Part shown: in pieces, positions 21,405-34,412 of the stretch
Layout: every line of letters starts with the position of its first letter
Position numbering within the stretch: position 1 is the first letter of the stretch
Assembly (NCBI GenBank): GCA_965240325.2
Contig: OZ251248.1
Location: 1,036,554-1,100,553, forward strand
DNA: 64,000 bases
Direction of reading: 5' to 3'
DNA from: Rebecca billardiae RCC1528
Taxonomy: Eukaryota > Protista > Haptophyta
Notes under the pieces: model-generated
What the model was told of the DNA's origin: nothing
Database searches by the model: none
The model's input: the letters and a program-made list of their open reading frames with translations, nothing else
Program-made: the position numbers and the translations under genes

Positions 21405-24400
21405 GGTCGTGGTCGTGCTGCGCCGCGCCGGGTCCGAAGGCGTGCGGCGCGCCACCGCCCGCGGGCAGCAGGCCCCCGTCCGCGCCGTCCGCGCCGCCCG
21501 GCTGCGCGCCGGCGGCGCCGGCGCGGCCGGCGGCTGGGACCTCGACGCCGAGCGCGCGCGTCGCGGCGAAGGGCGGCGCGGGGAGCAGCGCGCCGCCGCC
21601 CGCGCCGCCGTCGACGGCGGCGCCCTCGTCCGCGCCGCCGTCGGCGCCCGGCGCGGTGCTGCTCCGGCTCGCGCGCGCGCTGCGCGGCGGGGTGCGCGGC
21701 GCGCCGGGCCCGTCCGCGCCGCCGTCCGCGCCGGCGGCGCCGTCGTCGCCCTCGGCGCCGCCGCCCCACAGCCCGCGGCGGTGCGCGGCGCGCAGCGCGG
21801 CCGCGCGCGGCGAGTGCGCCTCCTGCAGCGCCTCGGCCGAGGGTGTGTGCTCGCGCGAGAGCGGCGGCAGCGCGGCCTCCTCCTCGTCAAGGCCGAACGC
21901 GAGCGCGTCGAGCTGCGCGAGGCAGCGCGCGAGCGACGCGCGCACGTTCGCGCTCGACATGGGCACGTGCGGCAGCAGCAGCGGCGAGGGCGGCGGCGGC
22001 GCGCCCGCGGCGGCGGCGGCGGCGGCGCGCGGCGGCGGCGTGGCGGCCGCGTCGGCGCCGAGCGCGGCGGGCGTGGGCGAGCCGTCCGCCGCGTCCTCGG
22101 CCGCCGCGCCCGCGCGCGCGAGGAAGTCGAAGGTGTGGCTGGGCGCGTCCTTGGGCGCCTCCTGCGCGCGGCCAGGCGGGCGGGGCAGCGCAGCCGCGCG
22201 GCGGTGCGGCGGCGCGCGCGGGCTCAGCGGCGCGCGCGCGCGCAGGGCGGCGCGCGGCGCGGCCGCGCGGCGCGCGCGGCGCGGGCGCGCGCTCACGTGC
22301 AGCATCGCGCCGAGCACGTCCTCCGCCGCCGCCGCGGCCGCGGCGGAGGGCGGGTGCGCGAGCTGCTCGCACAGCAGCGCGGCGAGCGCGGCGAACTGCT
22401 GCGCGGACGCGTTGTGCCGCGAGTGCCCCACCCACGGCCGCAGCAGCTGCAGCGAGGCGAGGGCCCACGGCGCCGCGCCGTGCGCGAGCATCGTAGCGGC
22501 GAGCTGCAGCGTGAACCCCACCGCGGCGCGCGAGGCGAAGGCGAGCGAGAACTGCGCAAAGACGGCGTCGAGCAGCTGCGCCGCGTGCGCGTTGGCGCGC
22601 GAGCGCATCCGGCGCGGCGCGCCGCCGCCCGGCGCGGGCGGCGAGGCGGCGGGGCGCGCGGCGGCGGTCGACGCGCGCGCGGACGCGCCGTCGGGCGCTC
22701 GCTCGATCGCGGCTGCGTAGCGCTCGAGCGCATGGCTCAGCTCGCCGAGCGCGTAGTCGCAGTCGCGCACGAACGCCTGCAGCGCCGCCGCCGCGCCCGG
22801 CGCGCGCTGCTGCACCTGCGCCAGCCGCGTGAACACCACCGCGAGCACCAGCCGGTTGTCGGCGGGCAGCGCGTCGGCGTACGCCACGGCCAGCGCCTCC
22901 GCCACCGTCAGCGCATCGTCGACGGCGTACGGCGAGAGCAGCCCCTGCCAGGGCGCGCGGGGGCGCGCGCGCGCGCAGCGGGCGTCGGCGGCCGAGGCGG
23001 CGGCGGTGCGCGGGGCGGCGCGCGTGCGCGCGCGGCGCGCGGCGCGTGCCTTCACGAGCGGCGCGCTCAGCCGCACGTCGAGCGGCGCGCCGGGCGGCGC
23101 GCGCGACGGCGAGGCGGCGGCCGACGGCCTGCGGCCTCCGAGCAGCGCGCGCACGTGCGCGGCCGTCGCCAGCGGCCACTGCGCCACGAGCGCGCGCAGG
23201 AGCCCAAGCCCGAGCCTGCGCGCGCACCGCAGCGCAGCGCAGCGCGCACGCGCTTCAGACGTCACGCCTTCAACCAGGCACGGGGGCGCGCCGCGGCGGT
23301 GCGGGGGACGGGGCGGGGGGGCCGCACCGGAAGAGGGTGCACCGCTCGGTGGGGGAGGAGACGCACTCGGCGAGGGCTAGCGCCACCGCGCAGAGCAGCC
23401 GGCGCGTGCGCGGCAGGCCGTCGCGCCCCGCGGCCTGCAGCGCGGCGGCGGCGTCGGCGTCGGCCGCGTCGTCGGGCGTTGCCGCGTAGTGCGCGGGCTG
23501 CGCGCACAGCAGCGCTGCGGTGGCGAGCGCGCCCTCCGCCATGAACTGGCGCAGCGCCGCGCGCAGCAGCAGCGCGGCCTCGCGCAGCGCGGCGTGCGGC
23601 GGCGCTGGCTCGAGCGCGCCAAGCAGCTGCACGCACGAGTGGAGCGCGTGCGGGTCTGTGGCGCGCACGGCCCAGCGCAGCGCGAGCTGCGCCCACGCGC
23701 ACCGCACCGCGTCGCCGCCGCCGGGCAGCGCGGCCAGCAGCGCGGGCGCCCACGAGGCGTCCAGCACCGCGCCGCCCCACGCGCCGCCGCCGCCGCCGCC
23801 GCCGCCCGCCGCCGCCGCCGGCGCGCCCTGCGCGGCGCGGAGCGCGCCGATCGCGTCGTCGATCGCGGCGGCGCACGCGTCGAGCTCGGCGGGCGGCGCG
23901 CCCGCCGCGGCGAGCGCGCGCACGCCCGCGCCGCGCGCGAGGTCGGACGCGGCCGCGGCGCCGAACGCGCGGCGCGCGGCCGAGCCGCGCGCGTGCGCAA
24001 AGCCGACGGCGGCCGTGTGCAGCAGCAGCGGCAGCGCGCGGCCGTGCTCGCCGAGCAGCCCGGCGCCGCGCAGGCCCGCCGCGTCGAGCTGCGCGACGTC
24101 GAGCAGCAGCACGAACGCGGCCGTCTCGCGCGCGCCCAGCGGCTGCGGCCGCACCGCGCGCCCCTCGCGCCAGCGCAGCCACGCGGCGGGCTCGTCGGCC
24201 GACGGCGCGGGCTCGGCCTCGTCGCGCAGCTGGGCGAGCAGCGCGGCGCAGAGCGCGGGCGAGGCGTCGGTGCGCGCGATCGCGGTGGCGGCGGCGCGCA
24301 GCACGCGCATCGACCCCTCGGGCGACGCGGAGAGAGGCGCGAGCAGCGCCGCCGCGTCCGCGGCGTCGGCGGCCGCGCCGCCGGCGGCCGCGGCGCTGCC

Positions 24401-24796
24401 GCCGCCGCTGCGCCGCCGCCGCGCCGCCGCCGCGCCGGTCGGCGTCCGCGGCGGCGCCGCGGCCGCGGGCGAGCCGCCGCCGCCGTCGGCCTCGCGCTCG
24501 GCGCGCGCGTCGTCGTCGTCCACGCCCGCCGCGCACGCGCCCAGCCCGAGATCCACAATCTCGCCGATCACGCGCTCGGAGATTGGAATCTCGGCGGGCG
24601 CGCGCGGCGGCTCGGGGAGCGCGAGCTCGGCGGCGGCCGGGTGCGCGCACGCGAGCGCCGCCCAGCACGCGTCGAGCATGCGCTGGCAGCCCGCCGAGTC
24701 GGCGGAGCCCTCGGGCGCGGCGCACTCGGCGGAGACGCGGAGCAGCGCGCACACCGCGAGCCGCAGCTCCGGCCGCCACCCCGACCCGCCGCCGGG

Positions 24797-24829
<33 letters not shown>

Positions 24830-26179
24830 GGCGCCGGGCTCGCGGCGCGGCGCGTCCGCCGCCGCCGCCTCGGCGGCCGCGCGCGCGCCGAGCGTCGCGC
24901 CGAACGCGTGCAGGAACGGCAGGCAGAGGCGGAGCGCGTGCGCGCGCGCGTGCGGCGCGAGCTCGGCCGCGCACCCGGCGCCGAGCTCGGCGAGCAGCCG
25001 CGGCGCGAGCTCCGCGTGCGCCGGGCCGAGCGTGTCGGCGAAGCGCTCGGCCTCGGCGACGTGGGCGTGGCGCAGCGGCGGCGTGCCGCCGAGCAGGCCG
25101 GCGGCGTGTGGCCCGGCGTCCAGTCCGGGGCAGAGGTCCGGGCAGGCGCGCAGCGCGGCCACGAGCGCCACGCCCTCGCGCCGCAGCGGGCGCCAGTCGG
25201 AGACGAGCAGCACGAGCGCGAGGAGCAGCAGCCGCGCGGGCGGCGCGCGCGCGCGCTCGCCGCCCCACCACGCGGCGTGCGCGCGCAGCGTGCGCACGAG
25301 CGCGCGCGCACACGCCGTCGCCGCGCGCAGCCGGCGGCGCGGCTCGGCGCCGCCGCCGCCGTGCGCGGGCGCGTGCGCGTCGACGGCGGACGCGCGCAGC
25401 ACGCGCGCCATCAGCACGCCGAACGCGCCCGCGTTGTGCCGCGCGAGCTCGGCGAGCGCGCCCGCGACCGCGGCCTGCAGCGCCGCGCCGCAGTCCTCGC
25501 CGTCCTCGTCGTCGTCGCCCGAGCCCGCGTCGGCGGCCGCGGCCGCGGCGGCGGCGGTGGCGCCGCCCTCCGCGCCGCCGCCCGCGGGCGGCGCCGAGTG
25601 CGCGGCGGGCGGCGGCAGCGCGTCGAGCAGCCACTCGGCGATGCGCGCCTGCAGCCGCGCGGCCGCGCGCGCCGAGCCGTGCGGCACGCTCAGCGCGAGC
25701 GGGCCGGCGCGCAGCAGGCCGCGCACGCCGTCGAGCGCGGCGAGCTCGAGCGCCGCCGCGGCGCACTCGGCGCGCGGCGCCGCGCGCCGCCGCGGCGCGC
25801 GCGTGCCCGGCGCGACCGTCGCGCGCGCAAAGAGCACCGCGCACGGGTCGGCGGCGACGCCGTCGTCGGTGCCGCCGCCGCCGCCGCGCACGCTCGAGCT
25901 CGCGGCGGAGGAGAGCGGGCTGCCGCGCGCGCCGCCGAGCGCGGCGGCGGACGCGCCGCTCGGCGCGGGTGAGGACGCGGCGGCGGCGGCGGCGGCGGCG
26001 GCCGCCAGCCCGCCGCTGCCGCCGAGCGCGGCGCGCGCGAGCCCGCTCGGCCGCGCCGCGCGCGCCTCCGCGCCGCCGCCCGCGCGCTCGCCGCCGTCCG
26101 AGCCCGGCGCGGGCGGCGGCGGCGTCGCCGGGCGCAGGCCGCCGCCGCCGCCGCCGCCCGCGGCGGCGCCGACCTCCGA

Positions 26180-26210
<31 letters not shown>

Positions 26211-27297
26211 GCCGACGCGCCGCCGCCGCACCCCGCCGCCGACTCGGAGCCGCCGCCGTTGTCGGCGCCGCCGGCGCCGGCGCCGCGCTCGGCGTGCGCG
26301 GCCGAGCCTCGCGTGGACGCGGGGGTGAGCGCGGCGGAGGACGCGGCGGGCGGCGGCGGCTGCGCGGCCGAGCGCGCGCCGTCGCGCACCGCGCTCGCCG
26401 CGAGCGCCGCGAGCAGTCGGAAGCAGTCCTCCGCGCGCACCGACGCGACGCGGCCGCGCGCCGCGGCCGCCTCGGTGTGCGCCGCGAGCAGCTGCGCCGC
26501 CGCCAGCCGCGCGGCCGCGGGCCACGTGGCGCACTCGCGCGCCACGTCGGCGGAGCGCTGCAGCCAGCCGCCGACGAGCCGGCCGAGCAGCGCCTCGGCG
26601 CCGCGCGCCGCAGGGTCCTCCGCCTGCGCCACCGCCGCCGCCGCCTCCTCCTCGCCGCCGCCGCCGCCGCCGCCGTCCGCGCCGCCGCCCTCGCTGCGGC
26701 GGCGCGCGCCGCGCGGCGCGGCGCGCGTGTGCGCGGCGACGAGCTGCGCGATGAAGGGCAGGACGGCGGGGAGCGGCGCGCTCGGCTCGGCCGACGGCTG
26801 CGCGGGCGGCGGCGCCGCCCGCAGCCCGACGCGCGGCAGCCCAGCCACAGAGCGCGCGGACAGCGAGCCGAGCGCGCACGTGTGGTAGTGGTGCTGCGCG
26901 GGCGGCGGCTGCGAGCTGTGGTGGTGGTGCGGCGGCGGCTGCTGCTGCGCGCCCGCGTGCAGGTGGCCAAAGCCGGCCGCGCCGCTGCTGCCGCCGCCGC
27001 CGCCGTGGTGGTGGTGGGGCGTGCCGCCCGCCGGCGGCGCCCCCGCGCCCAGCTGCGCCGCCTCGGCCGCGTGCGCGAGCGCGCCGAGCAGCGCTTCGTG
27101 GCACGCCGAGCCCGCGGGCGCCGCGCACAGCGCGCGGCGCAGAGCGGCGAGCGCGGCCGAGCGCGGCGGCAGCGCGCCGAGCAGCCCGAGGCAGCGGCCG
27201 ACGAAGGCGGCGAGCGCGTCCGCGTCCGCGTCGGCGGCGGAGGGCGGCGCGGCGGCGCCCGCCTCGCGCGGCGGCGGCAGCAGCCACGCCGCGGCCG

Positions 27298-27332
<35 letters not shown>

Positions 27333-28465
27333 CCGCGCGGCCGCCGCCGCGCCGCCGCCGCCGCGTGCGGCGCCGGCTGCTGGCTCAGCTTGAGCGGCGG
27401 CACGGCCGAGGCGGCCGCGAGCGGGCGGCCGACGGAGGCGGCGTCCTGCGGCGTGGACGGCGCGCTCGCGGCCGCGGAGGGCGGCGTAACGGCCGCGGAG
27501 GGCGGCGTAACCGCCACCTGCTGCGGCGTCGTCTGCTGCCGCGCGCCGAGCGGCGGCGCGGCGGGCGGGCGCGCGGCGGCGGAGGGCGGCGCGAAGACGG
27601 CGACGAACGTCCCCATCTCCTCCCACAGCGCGCTCGCCGGCGTGGGCGCGCCGTCGCCCTCGCCGTGCGCCGGGCAGAGCGCGATGCCGTCAAACTTGGC
27701 GAGCGCTAGCCGCCAGCTGCCGAGCAGCTGCGGGCGCAGCGAGCGCGAGGAGCGGAGCAGCGCGGCGCGCACGGCGGCCGGCGCGAACGGGCGGCCGAGC
27801 GCGCGGCGCGAGCCGCTCGTGGGCGCGCGGCTGAGCGGCGGCGGGCCCTCCGCGCCGCGCGCGCCGGCGGCGGCGCGCGGCTCGGCGGCGCCGCCGCCGT
27901 CGAGGCGCGCGAGCACGGGCCACAGCGCGCGCGGCGGCGGCGGCGGGCCGCCCGGCAGCGCGCGGGGCGCGCGGCGGCGGCGCGCGCCGCGCGGCTCGGC
28001 CGCCGCACCCGCCTTCTTCTCCGCGAGCAGCCGGTCGCGCGAGCGGTGCGAGCGGAGCGCGGGCATCGTGCCGCCAAACGCGCCGCCGCCCCCGGAGCCG
28101 GCGCTGCCGCGCGCGCTGCGCGCCGGCTCGCCGCCGCTCGCGCGCTCGGCGCGGCGCGCCAGCCCGCGCGCGGGCGGCGCCGCCGCCTCCTCCTCCTCCT
28201 CCTCCGAGCCGCCCTCCTCCTCCCCCGAGCCCTCCTCGGAGCCCGCCTCCGCGCGCCCCTCCAGGCGGGCCAGCGGGTGCGCGCCCAGTTCGGTCAGCAT
28301 GGCCGCCGCCTGCGCGCACGCCCAGCCCTCCGGGTGCAGCGCCCAGAGCAGGCACGCGCACTCGGCGCGCAGCCGCAGCCGCGTCCACTGCGCGCGCTCG
28401 GAGGGCGGCGGCGGCGTCGCGCCCTCCTCGCCGTCCTCGCCGCCGTCACCGCCCCCGCCGGCCTC

Positions 28466-28498
<33 letters not shown>

Positions 28499-30025
28499 TC
28501 GCGGCACAAAGCGTCGCAGCGCGCCGAGCGCGGCGCGCGCGGCGCCGAGGCTGGCGCCGAGCTCGTCGTCGTCGGCGCCGGACGCGGCGGCGAGGCGGTC
28601 GACCATCGCGCCGAGCGCGAGCGCCGCGTGCGCCCGCGTCGCGCCCGGCGCGCGCACGCGCTCCGCGAGCGCGGCGGCGCACGCGGCCGCGACCGGGCGC
28701 GAGGGCGCGAGCGCGAGCCGCGCGAGCGCGCGCAGCGCGCCCTCCTCCGCCGACGGCGAGGGCGCGCGCAGCGCGGGGACGCACGCGATGGCGGGGGAGA
28801 GCACGGCCTCGGGGGTCGAGTCGGCGACCACGAGCGCGAGCACCGCCGCGCCCAGCCCGTCCATCCGCTCCGACAGCGCCGCCGCCGCCGGCTTGAGCCG
28901 AGCGATCGCCGCGAGCGCCGCGAGCGCCGCGCCGCGCGCCTCGGCGCTGTACGCGCTCGCGTGGCCGCGGAGCACGTCGTCGATGGCGGCGAGGGCGTGG
29001 GCGGGGTGCAGCCGGCCGGCCTCGACGAGCACGCTCGTGCTCACCTTCCCGTCCGCCACGCTCAGCTCGCCCGACGAGTAGACGCTCTTGCGCGGCAGCA
29101 GCTGCCCCGTGAGCCGCTCGAGCGGGCCCGCAAAGCCGTGCGGGTCTCGGCGGACAAACTGCGGCGGCAGCTCGCGCAGCAGCTGGAGGAGGCGCTGCGC
29201 GGCGCGGCCGCCGAGGCCCTCCTTGCGCGCGCGCGCGACGAGCGCGCCGAGCACCTCCTTCCGCCACCGCCGCCACGCCTCCTCCGAGCCGTGCGACAGC
29301 ATCGTCGAAGCGAGGTCGAGGCAAAAGGGCGCGTGCCGCGCGCGCCGCGCCCACCGCAGCGCGCCGCCGAGCAGCGCCGAGTACGCGGCCCAGAACTCCT
29401 GCAGCGCGCGGCCGCCGCGCTCGGCGAACGCGGCCCACTCGCCGTTCTGCTCCGGCGAGAGCAGCCGGCGGAAGATCCGGTCGAGCGCCTGCGCGGCGCG
29501 GTCGGGGCGAGCGCGCGCGGCCGCGCGGCGCGTGAGGCGCGCGGCGGCCGCGCGCCGGCGGCGCGGCGGCGGCGCGGCGGGCGTACGTTGCACACTTCGG
29601 AGCGCAGCACGCGGCGCTCGATGCGGCCGAGCGCGGCGCTCAGCGCCTTCACGTACTCCAGCGTCGCCACCGCCGAGCCGTCCTCCCCCGCGCTCCAGCC
29701 GAGGTGCAGCACGGTGGTCGCGCGCTGGTACGGCACCAGCTCGCGCTGCGCGTCCGAGGCGCGCGTGGCCTCGAGGCGGGCGACGTACAGGCGGACGGCG
29801 GCGAGGAGGTGGACGCGCGCGCGGGAGAGCTGGCCCACGCACCGCGTCGCCGCCTCGCGCACCGCGGGCGGGTGCCGCGTGTCGATGTGCTCGAAGCAGA
29901 AGCGCAGCACCGCCGAGGGCACGAGGGCGACGCTGAGAGGGTCGCGCGCGCCCGCGTGCTGCAGCACGGCGTGCGCCGCCTGCAGCACGTACAGCAGCGC
30001 GGCCTGCGCGCGGCGCGCGTCGCGT

Positions 30026-30056
<31 letters not shown>

Positions 30057-30600
30057 TCAGTCGGCCCGCGCCGCCGCGGCGCGCGCGCGCAGGCGCGCGG
30101 GCGGCGCGCGCGGTGCGCGCGCGCACGTCGCTCGGCGAGAGCTGTGCCGACGCCTTGGGCCCGGCGGCGGCGCGCGCGCGCTCGTGCGCGGGCGGCGCGG
30201 GGCCGAGCGGCTCGAGCTTCGCCGTCACCACCGCCGCGACCGCGAGCAGGTGCTCGCAGATCACCGGCGCGAGGTCGGTGCGGAAGCGCGACAGCCAGCG
30301 CAGCAGCAGCGCGCACTGCTGCGCGCGCTGCGCGGGGCTGAGCTCCTCGGCGGCGGCGAGGCACGCGGCGCGCACGGCGGCGGGCGGGTTGAGGACGGAC
30401 GACGCCGCCGTGCCCCCGCCGCCCGCGCCCGAGCCCGCGAGCAGCAGCGCCTCCAGCTGCGCGAACGCGTCGTTGAGGAAGCGCAGCGCCGCCTCGTGCT
30501 CGTGCCGGATCGTCGCGCCGGCGGTGCCGACGCGCGCGGCGGGGACGGCGCCCTGCGAGGCGCCGCGGCGGTGCCACGGCGCGAGCGAGCGCGCCGCCAT
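21304..30600 (-). CDS. MOR2: MOR2/PAG1/TAO3/Furry-family cell morphogenesis scaffold protein
   Basis: ATG 30600; introns 30126-30004, 29586-29489, 23342-23216, 23049-22945 (GC-AG) and 22296-22162. Family-like segments: RWARRARHAPFCLDLASTMLSHG, LLLLALVLLVSDWRPLRREGVALV, ADTLGPAHAELAPRLLAEL, LPLLLHTA, WAQLALRWAVRATDPHALHSCVQLLGALEP, APLVK|GLLSP. Poly-Asp C-terminus. Confidence 0.75.
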
Positions 30601-30928
30601 CGGCGCGCGCGCACCACCGGGGGCCGCCCGCCGCGCCTTGCTGCCTGCCGGCGCGCGCGCCGGCGGCAGCCTTTTGCCCCGGAGAGCGCGGTCGTGCCCG
30701 GCCGCCGTGCGGTGCCCTCGCCGCGCAACTTCTGAACTCTGAACTCGTCCAAGCACCGCGCTACGACTACAGTAGTACTAGCTCGTAGCTCTACGACGGC
30801 TCGCGCCGACGAACAATGAACAGGCGGCGGATGCTACCCCCATACAGTACAGTACGCTCATTGCCGAGCCTGGCGCGCCGCGCGGCACACGCCGGCCGCG
30901 CGCCGCGATCGAGCGTGCCGAGAGGCCC

Positions 30929-32640
30929 TCAGCCGACGACGAGGCGCGGCTTGAGCGGCGCGTACAGCCGCGAGAGCGCGAGCGCGGCCGCGGACATGGC
31001 GGCGAAGAGGTGGAAGACGCCGCGCCAGCCGACGACGCGCTGCAGCTCCTTGGTGAGCGTCACGGCGGCGATGCTCGCCAGCCCAAACGCGGAGAAGAGC
31101 ACCGCGTACACGGCCGCGCCGTCCTTGGCGCCGAAGGTGTTGGCGCACGCCGTCGGGAACATGGCAAAGTTGCCGCCCATGCACGCGAGGAAGGTGCACG
31201 TGAGCGCGAGGAAGAGCCCGCGCGAGCGCAGCACCGCGTCGGTCGTGTAGAGCGCGCACGCGCCGATCTGCGTGAGCGCGAGCGCCATGAAGGTCGGCTT
31301 GAAGCCGATGATGTCGGAGAGCGTCGCCCAGCCCACGCGGCCCAGCCCGTTGCACAGCGTCGCGAGCCCGCCGGCGAGGGAGAGGAAGCCTGCGGGCGCG
31401 GCGCGTCCGAGCGCGCCGCCGCGCGTGAGCGGCCGCGCGCCGCGCGCGCCGCGCCGCGCGCGCCGACGGTGCGCGCGCCGCGCGCCGCGCTGCCGCACCG
31501 TCGTCTGCGAGCGCGGGCGACGAGAGCGCAAACGTCTTGTACACGGCGGCGACGTTGAGGCCGGCGGGCGCGGCGAGGAGGATGGTGAACCAGAGCAGGT
31601 AGAAGGTGGGCGAGCGCATCGCCTCGCCGAACGTGCGGTCGATCGACATGCGCGGCGCCTTGGGCTTGGCGTCCGCCGCGCCGCCCTTGGCGACGGCCGA
31701 GGGCGCGGGCGCGGGCGGGCCCTTGACGAGCGCGGCGGAGCAGAGGCCGAGGAGCGCGTAGCAGCACGCGAGCGTGCGGAGCATCTTGGGGAAGGCGGCG
31801 TACACCGCGTCGGGGAACACGCCCGCCGCCAGCTTGAGCTTCCCCGGGTTGGCGATGGCCGCGCCGAGCAGCGTGAACACAAAGCCGCCTGCCGCGCGCG
31901 CGCGCGCGGAGGGCGCGGGTGAGGGCGGGGCCTCGCGCGCGCGCGCGCGCGACAGGCGCGCGGCGCGCACCGAAGCCAAAGCCGAGCAGCACCGCGCCGT
32001 TCACCAGCCCCTTCGACTTTGGGAACCAGCCCCAGCCCGCGCCCATCGGCGCGGTGTACGCCAGCCCCACGCCCAGTCCAAAGAGCAGCGAGTAGCCCAG
32101 CAGGAAGGAGCGGAGCGTGTGCGCGTACGAGGCGGCGAAGATGCCGGCGTTCATCACGCCCGAGCCGATGAGGATGGAGGCCTTCGGGCCGAGCGCCTTC
32201 TGCAGCTTCGCGCCCACCGGCATCGCGAGCATCTGCGACGCGATCAGCAGCGGGATCACGAGCAGCGCGTCGGGCTGCCGGCCCGGGTGCGGCGCGCCGT
32301 CAAAGAACTTCATGCCGGGCGGCATGTAGCCGATGAAGGAGCCCCAGCAGTACATCGTACCCAGCGTCATGTGCAGCAGCGTGCCGCCCAGCACCGAGAG
32401 CACGCCCGCGAGCGGCGGCCCCGCCGCCGGCTTGGCGGCCGCGGCCGCGCCGCCGCGCCGCTCGGCCGCGAGCGCCGCCGCCGCCGCCGGCACGAGCGGC
32501 TGCGGCGCGGCGGTGGCGCGCGCCGCGCCGCCGCGCAGGCGGAGCACGGAGGAGGGCTTGCCGCGCGCGCCCAGCGGCTCGGGCCGCGCCGCCGCCGCCG
32601 CCGCGCAGCAGCAGCCGAGCACGACGAGCGCCGCGCGCAT
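30929..32640 (-). CDS. MFS transporter (oxalate:formate antiporter-like) with an N-terminal signal/targeting presequence
   Basis: Exons 32640-31971, 31888-31499 and 31389-30929. Motifs: LHMTLGTMYCWGSF, FGLGVGLAYTAPM..WGWFPKSKGLVNGAVLLGFGFGG, EAMRSPTFYLLW, NGLGRVGWATLSDIIGFK, MGGNFAMFP. Confidence 0.88.
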
Positions 32641-32870
32641 GGTGGCAGTGCCGGTGATGAGCTCGGGCGGCGCACCACCCGGCCCGATCTGAGATCGCTC
32701 GCAGCCGGACTTGCTGCAAGCCCGGAGCGCGAGGCAAAGTCCGGGTATGCCTCCGACCCGCCCGGACTGCGCTGACCACCATCCTTCTGAGGAGCTGCTC
32801 GGCCACGCGGCAGGCCCGCCCCAGCGCGTCAGCCAGCCTCGAGTGTGGAGGCGACGCACGCGCGGGCGTC

Positions 32871-33809
32871 ATGCGGCAGATTCAGAAGAGCCAGACGATC
32901 ACCGTGCCGGAGGGCGGTGAGCGCCCGCCCGGCGCGACCCCGCCCTCGGCCCGGCCGCGCGCGCCGCCCGGCCCGCGGCGCGCGCGCCGACCGCCCACGG
33001 GCGGCGGCGGCGGCGCGCGGGTCGCGCCCCGCCGGGCTGACCGCGCGCGACCGCGCGCCGCGCGCAGTCACGCTCGACGTCAAGGCGCGCGTGGTGACGG
33101 TGAAGGGGCCGCGGGGGACGCTGCAGAAGTCCTTCAAGCACTGCCCCGTCGACATCTACAAGCTCGAGGACGGCAAGGTCAAGGTCGAGAAGTGGTTTGG
33201 CAACACGAAGCAGGGCGCCACCATCCGCACCGTCTGCAGCCACATGAACAACATGGTCATCGGCGTGACCAAGGCACGCGCGCGCCGCGCGGCGTGGGAA
33301 CGGAGCGGGCGGAGCGGGCGGCCCGTGCAGCGCGGGCGGCCAAGCAAATGCGTGGCCGCGCGGCGTGCACGGACGGTTGGGCGCGCGGCGTGCGCGCGCG
33401 CGCGCCGGTGCGGCCGGCTGATAGGCCCGCCGCCGCCCGCCGCCGCCGCCGCCGCTGTCGCGCCGCCCGCTGCCGCCGCTCTCGCCGCGCGCAGGGCTAC
33501 GAGTACAAGATGCGCTTCGTGTACGCGCACTTCCCGATCAACGTCGCCCTCGTCGAGAAGGACACGGTCGTCGAGATCCGCAACTTCCTCGGCGAGAAGA
33601 TCGTGCGGCGAATCAAGTGCCACGAGGGCGTGACGGTGAAGCGCAGCGCCGACGTGAAGGACGAGATCTGCCTGTACGGCAACGACATCGAGAAGGTGTC
33701 GCTCAGCGCCGCGCTGATCAACCAGGCGTGCCACGTGAAGAACAAGGACATCCGGAAGTTCCTCGACGGCATCTACATCTCCGAGCGCAACGTCATCGGC
33801 GCCAACTGA
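32871..33809 (+). CDS. RPL9: 60S ribosomal protein L9 (uL6)
   Basis: Exons 32871-32916, 33068-33273 and 33495-33809 (second intron is GC-AG). Motifs: [14 protein letters not shown]|[35 protein letters not shown]. Confidence 0.97.
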   Translation: MRQIQKSQTITVPEGGERPPGATPPSARPRAPPGPRRARRPPTGGGGGARVAPRRADRARPRAARSHARRQGARGDGEGAAGDAAEVLQALPRRHLQARGRQGQGREVVWQHEAGRHHPHRLQPHEQHGHRRDQGTRAPRGVGTERAERAARAARAAKQMRGRAACTDGWARGVRARAPVRPADRPAAARRRRRRCRAARCRRSRRAQGYEYKMRFVYAHFPINVALVEKDTVVEIRNFLGEKIVRRIKCHEGVTVKRSADVKDEICLYGNDIEKVSLSAALINQACHVKNKDIRKFLDGIYISERNVIGAN

Positions 33810-33966
33810 GCAGCTTAGGCTCGGAGCAGCGGCGGCCGTCACACCAGTCGGGAGACTTGCCATCATTGATGATGACGACACTGGCCGGGGGCGCCGTCGC
33901 TGCGCGGTGACTCTCTGACGCAGGTGCTGATGCTGACACTAGCCATCATATATATATATCCGTATA

Positions 33967-34395
33967 AGATGGGGCGGGACACGTGGCGCGCGCGCCTCAG
34001 CGCGCCCTCGCGCCCCGCCGCCGAGCGCGCGCTGCTCGGCACCATGCGGCGCGAGCTGGGCATGCGCTGCCTGCGTGGCCAGGCCAAGATGCTCATCGCC
34101 CGCGCGCGCATGGCGCACGTGCGCCCGGGGGCACGCGCCCGCGGGGGCGCTGCATACGACGACTACTTCGAGACGACGGCTGACGACGCGTGGCACCGCG
34201 ACCACCGCGGTGGCGCGTGCGCGTCGACGCCAGACGGTGCCGTCGAGCTTCCGCTCGGCGATGGAGTGATGGGCGACTATGAGGGGGGGGACGACGGCGA
34301 GGAGCGCTGATCCTGGTGTTTGTCTCTGCTGCTCGATCTGCTGCTACAGCTTGCTGACTCTGACGCCTGCCCGTTCTGAGCATACCACGTCGTTA
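33967..34395 (+). mobile_element. 429-bp insertion flanked by a 17-bp direct repeat; possible 5'-truncated non-LTR retrotransposon remnant
   Basis: atatatatatccgtata occurs at 33950-33966 and 34396-34412. The internal ORF fragment RRELGMRCLRGQAKMLIARA resembles the C-terminal helix of RLE-type LINE proteins (judged by eye). Confidence 0.5.
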
Positions 34396-34412
34396 ATATA
34401 TATATCCGTATA

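Noticed and set aside
8233-30742. Many long Arg/Ala/Pro-rich overlapping ORFs (e.g. 8233-11358, 23262-27626, 23520-26888)
   Set aside because: These are antisense or off-frame shadows of real genes; stop codons are rare at this GC content.
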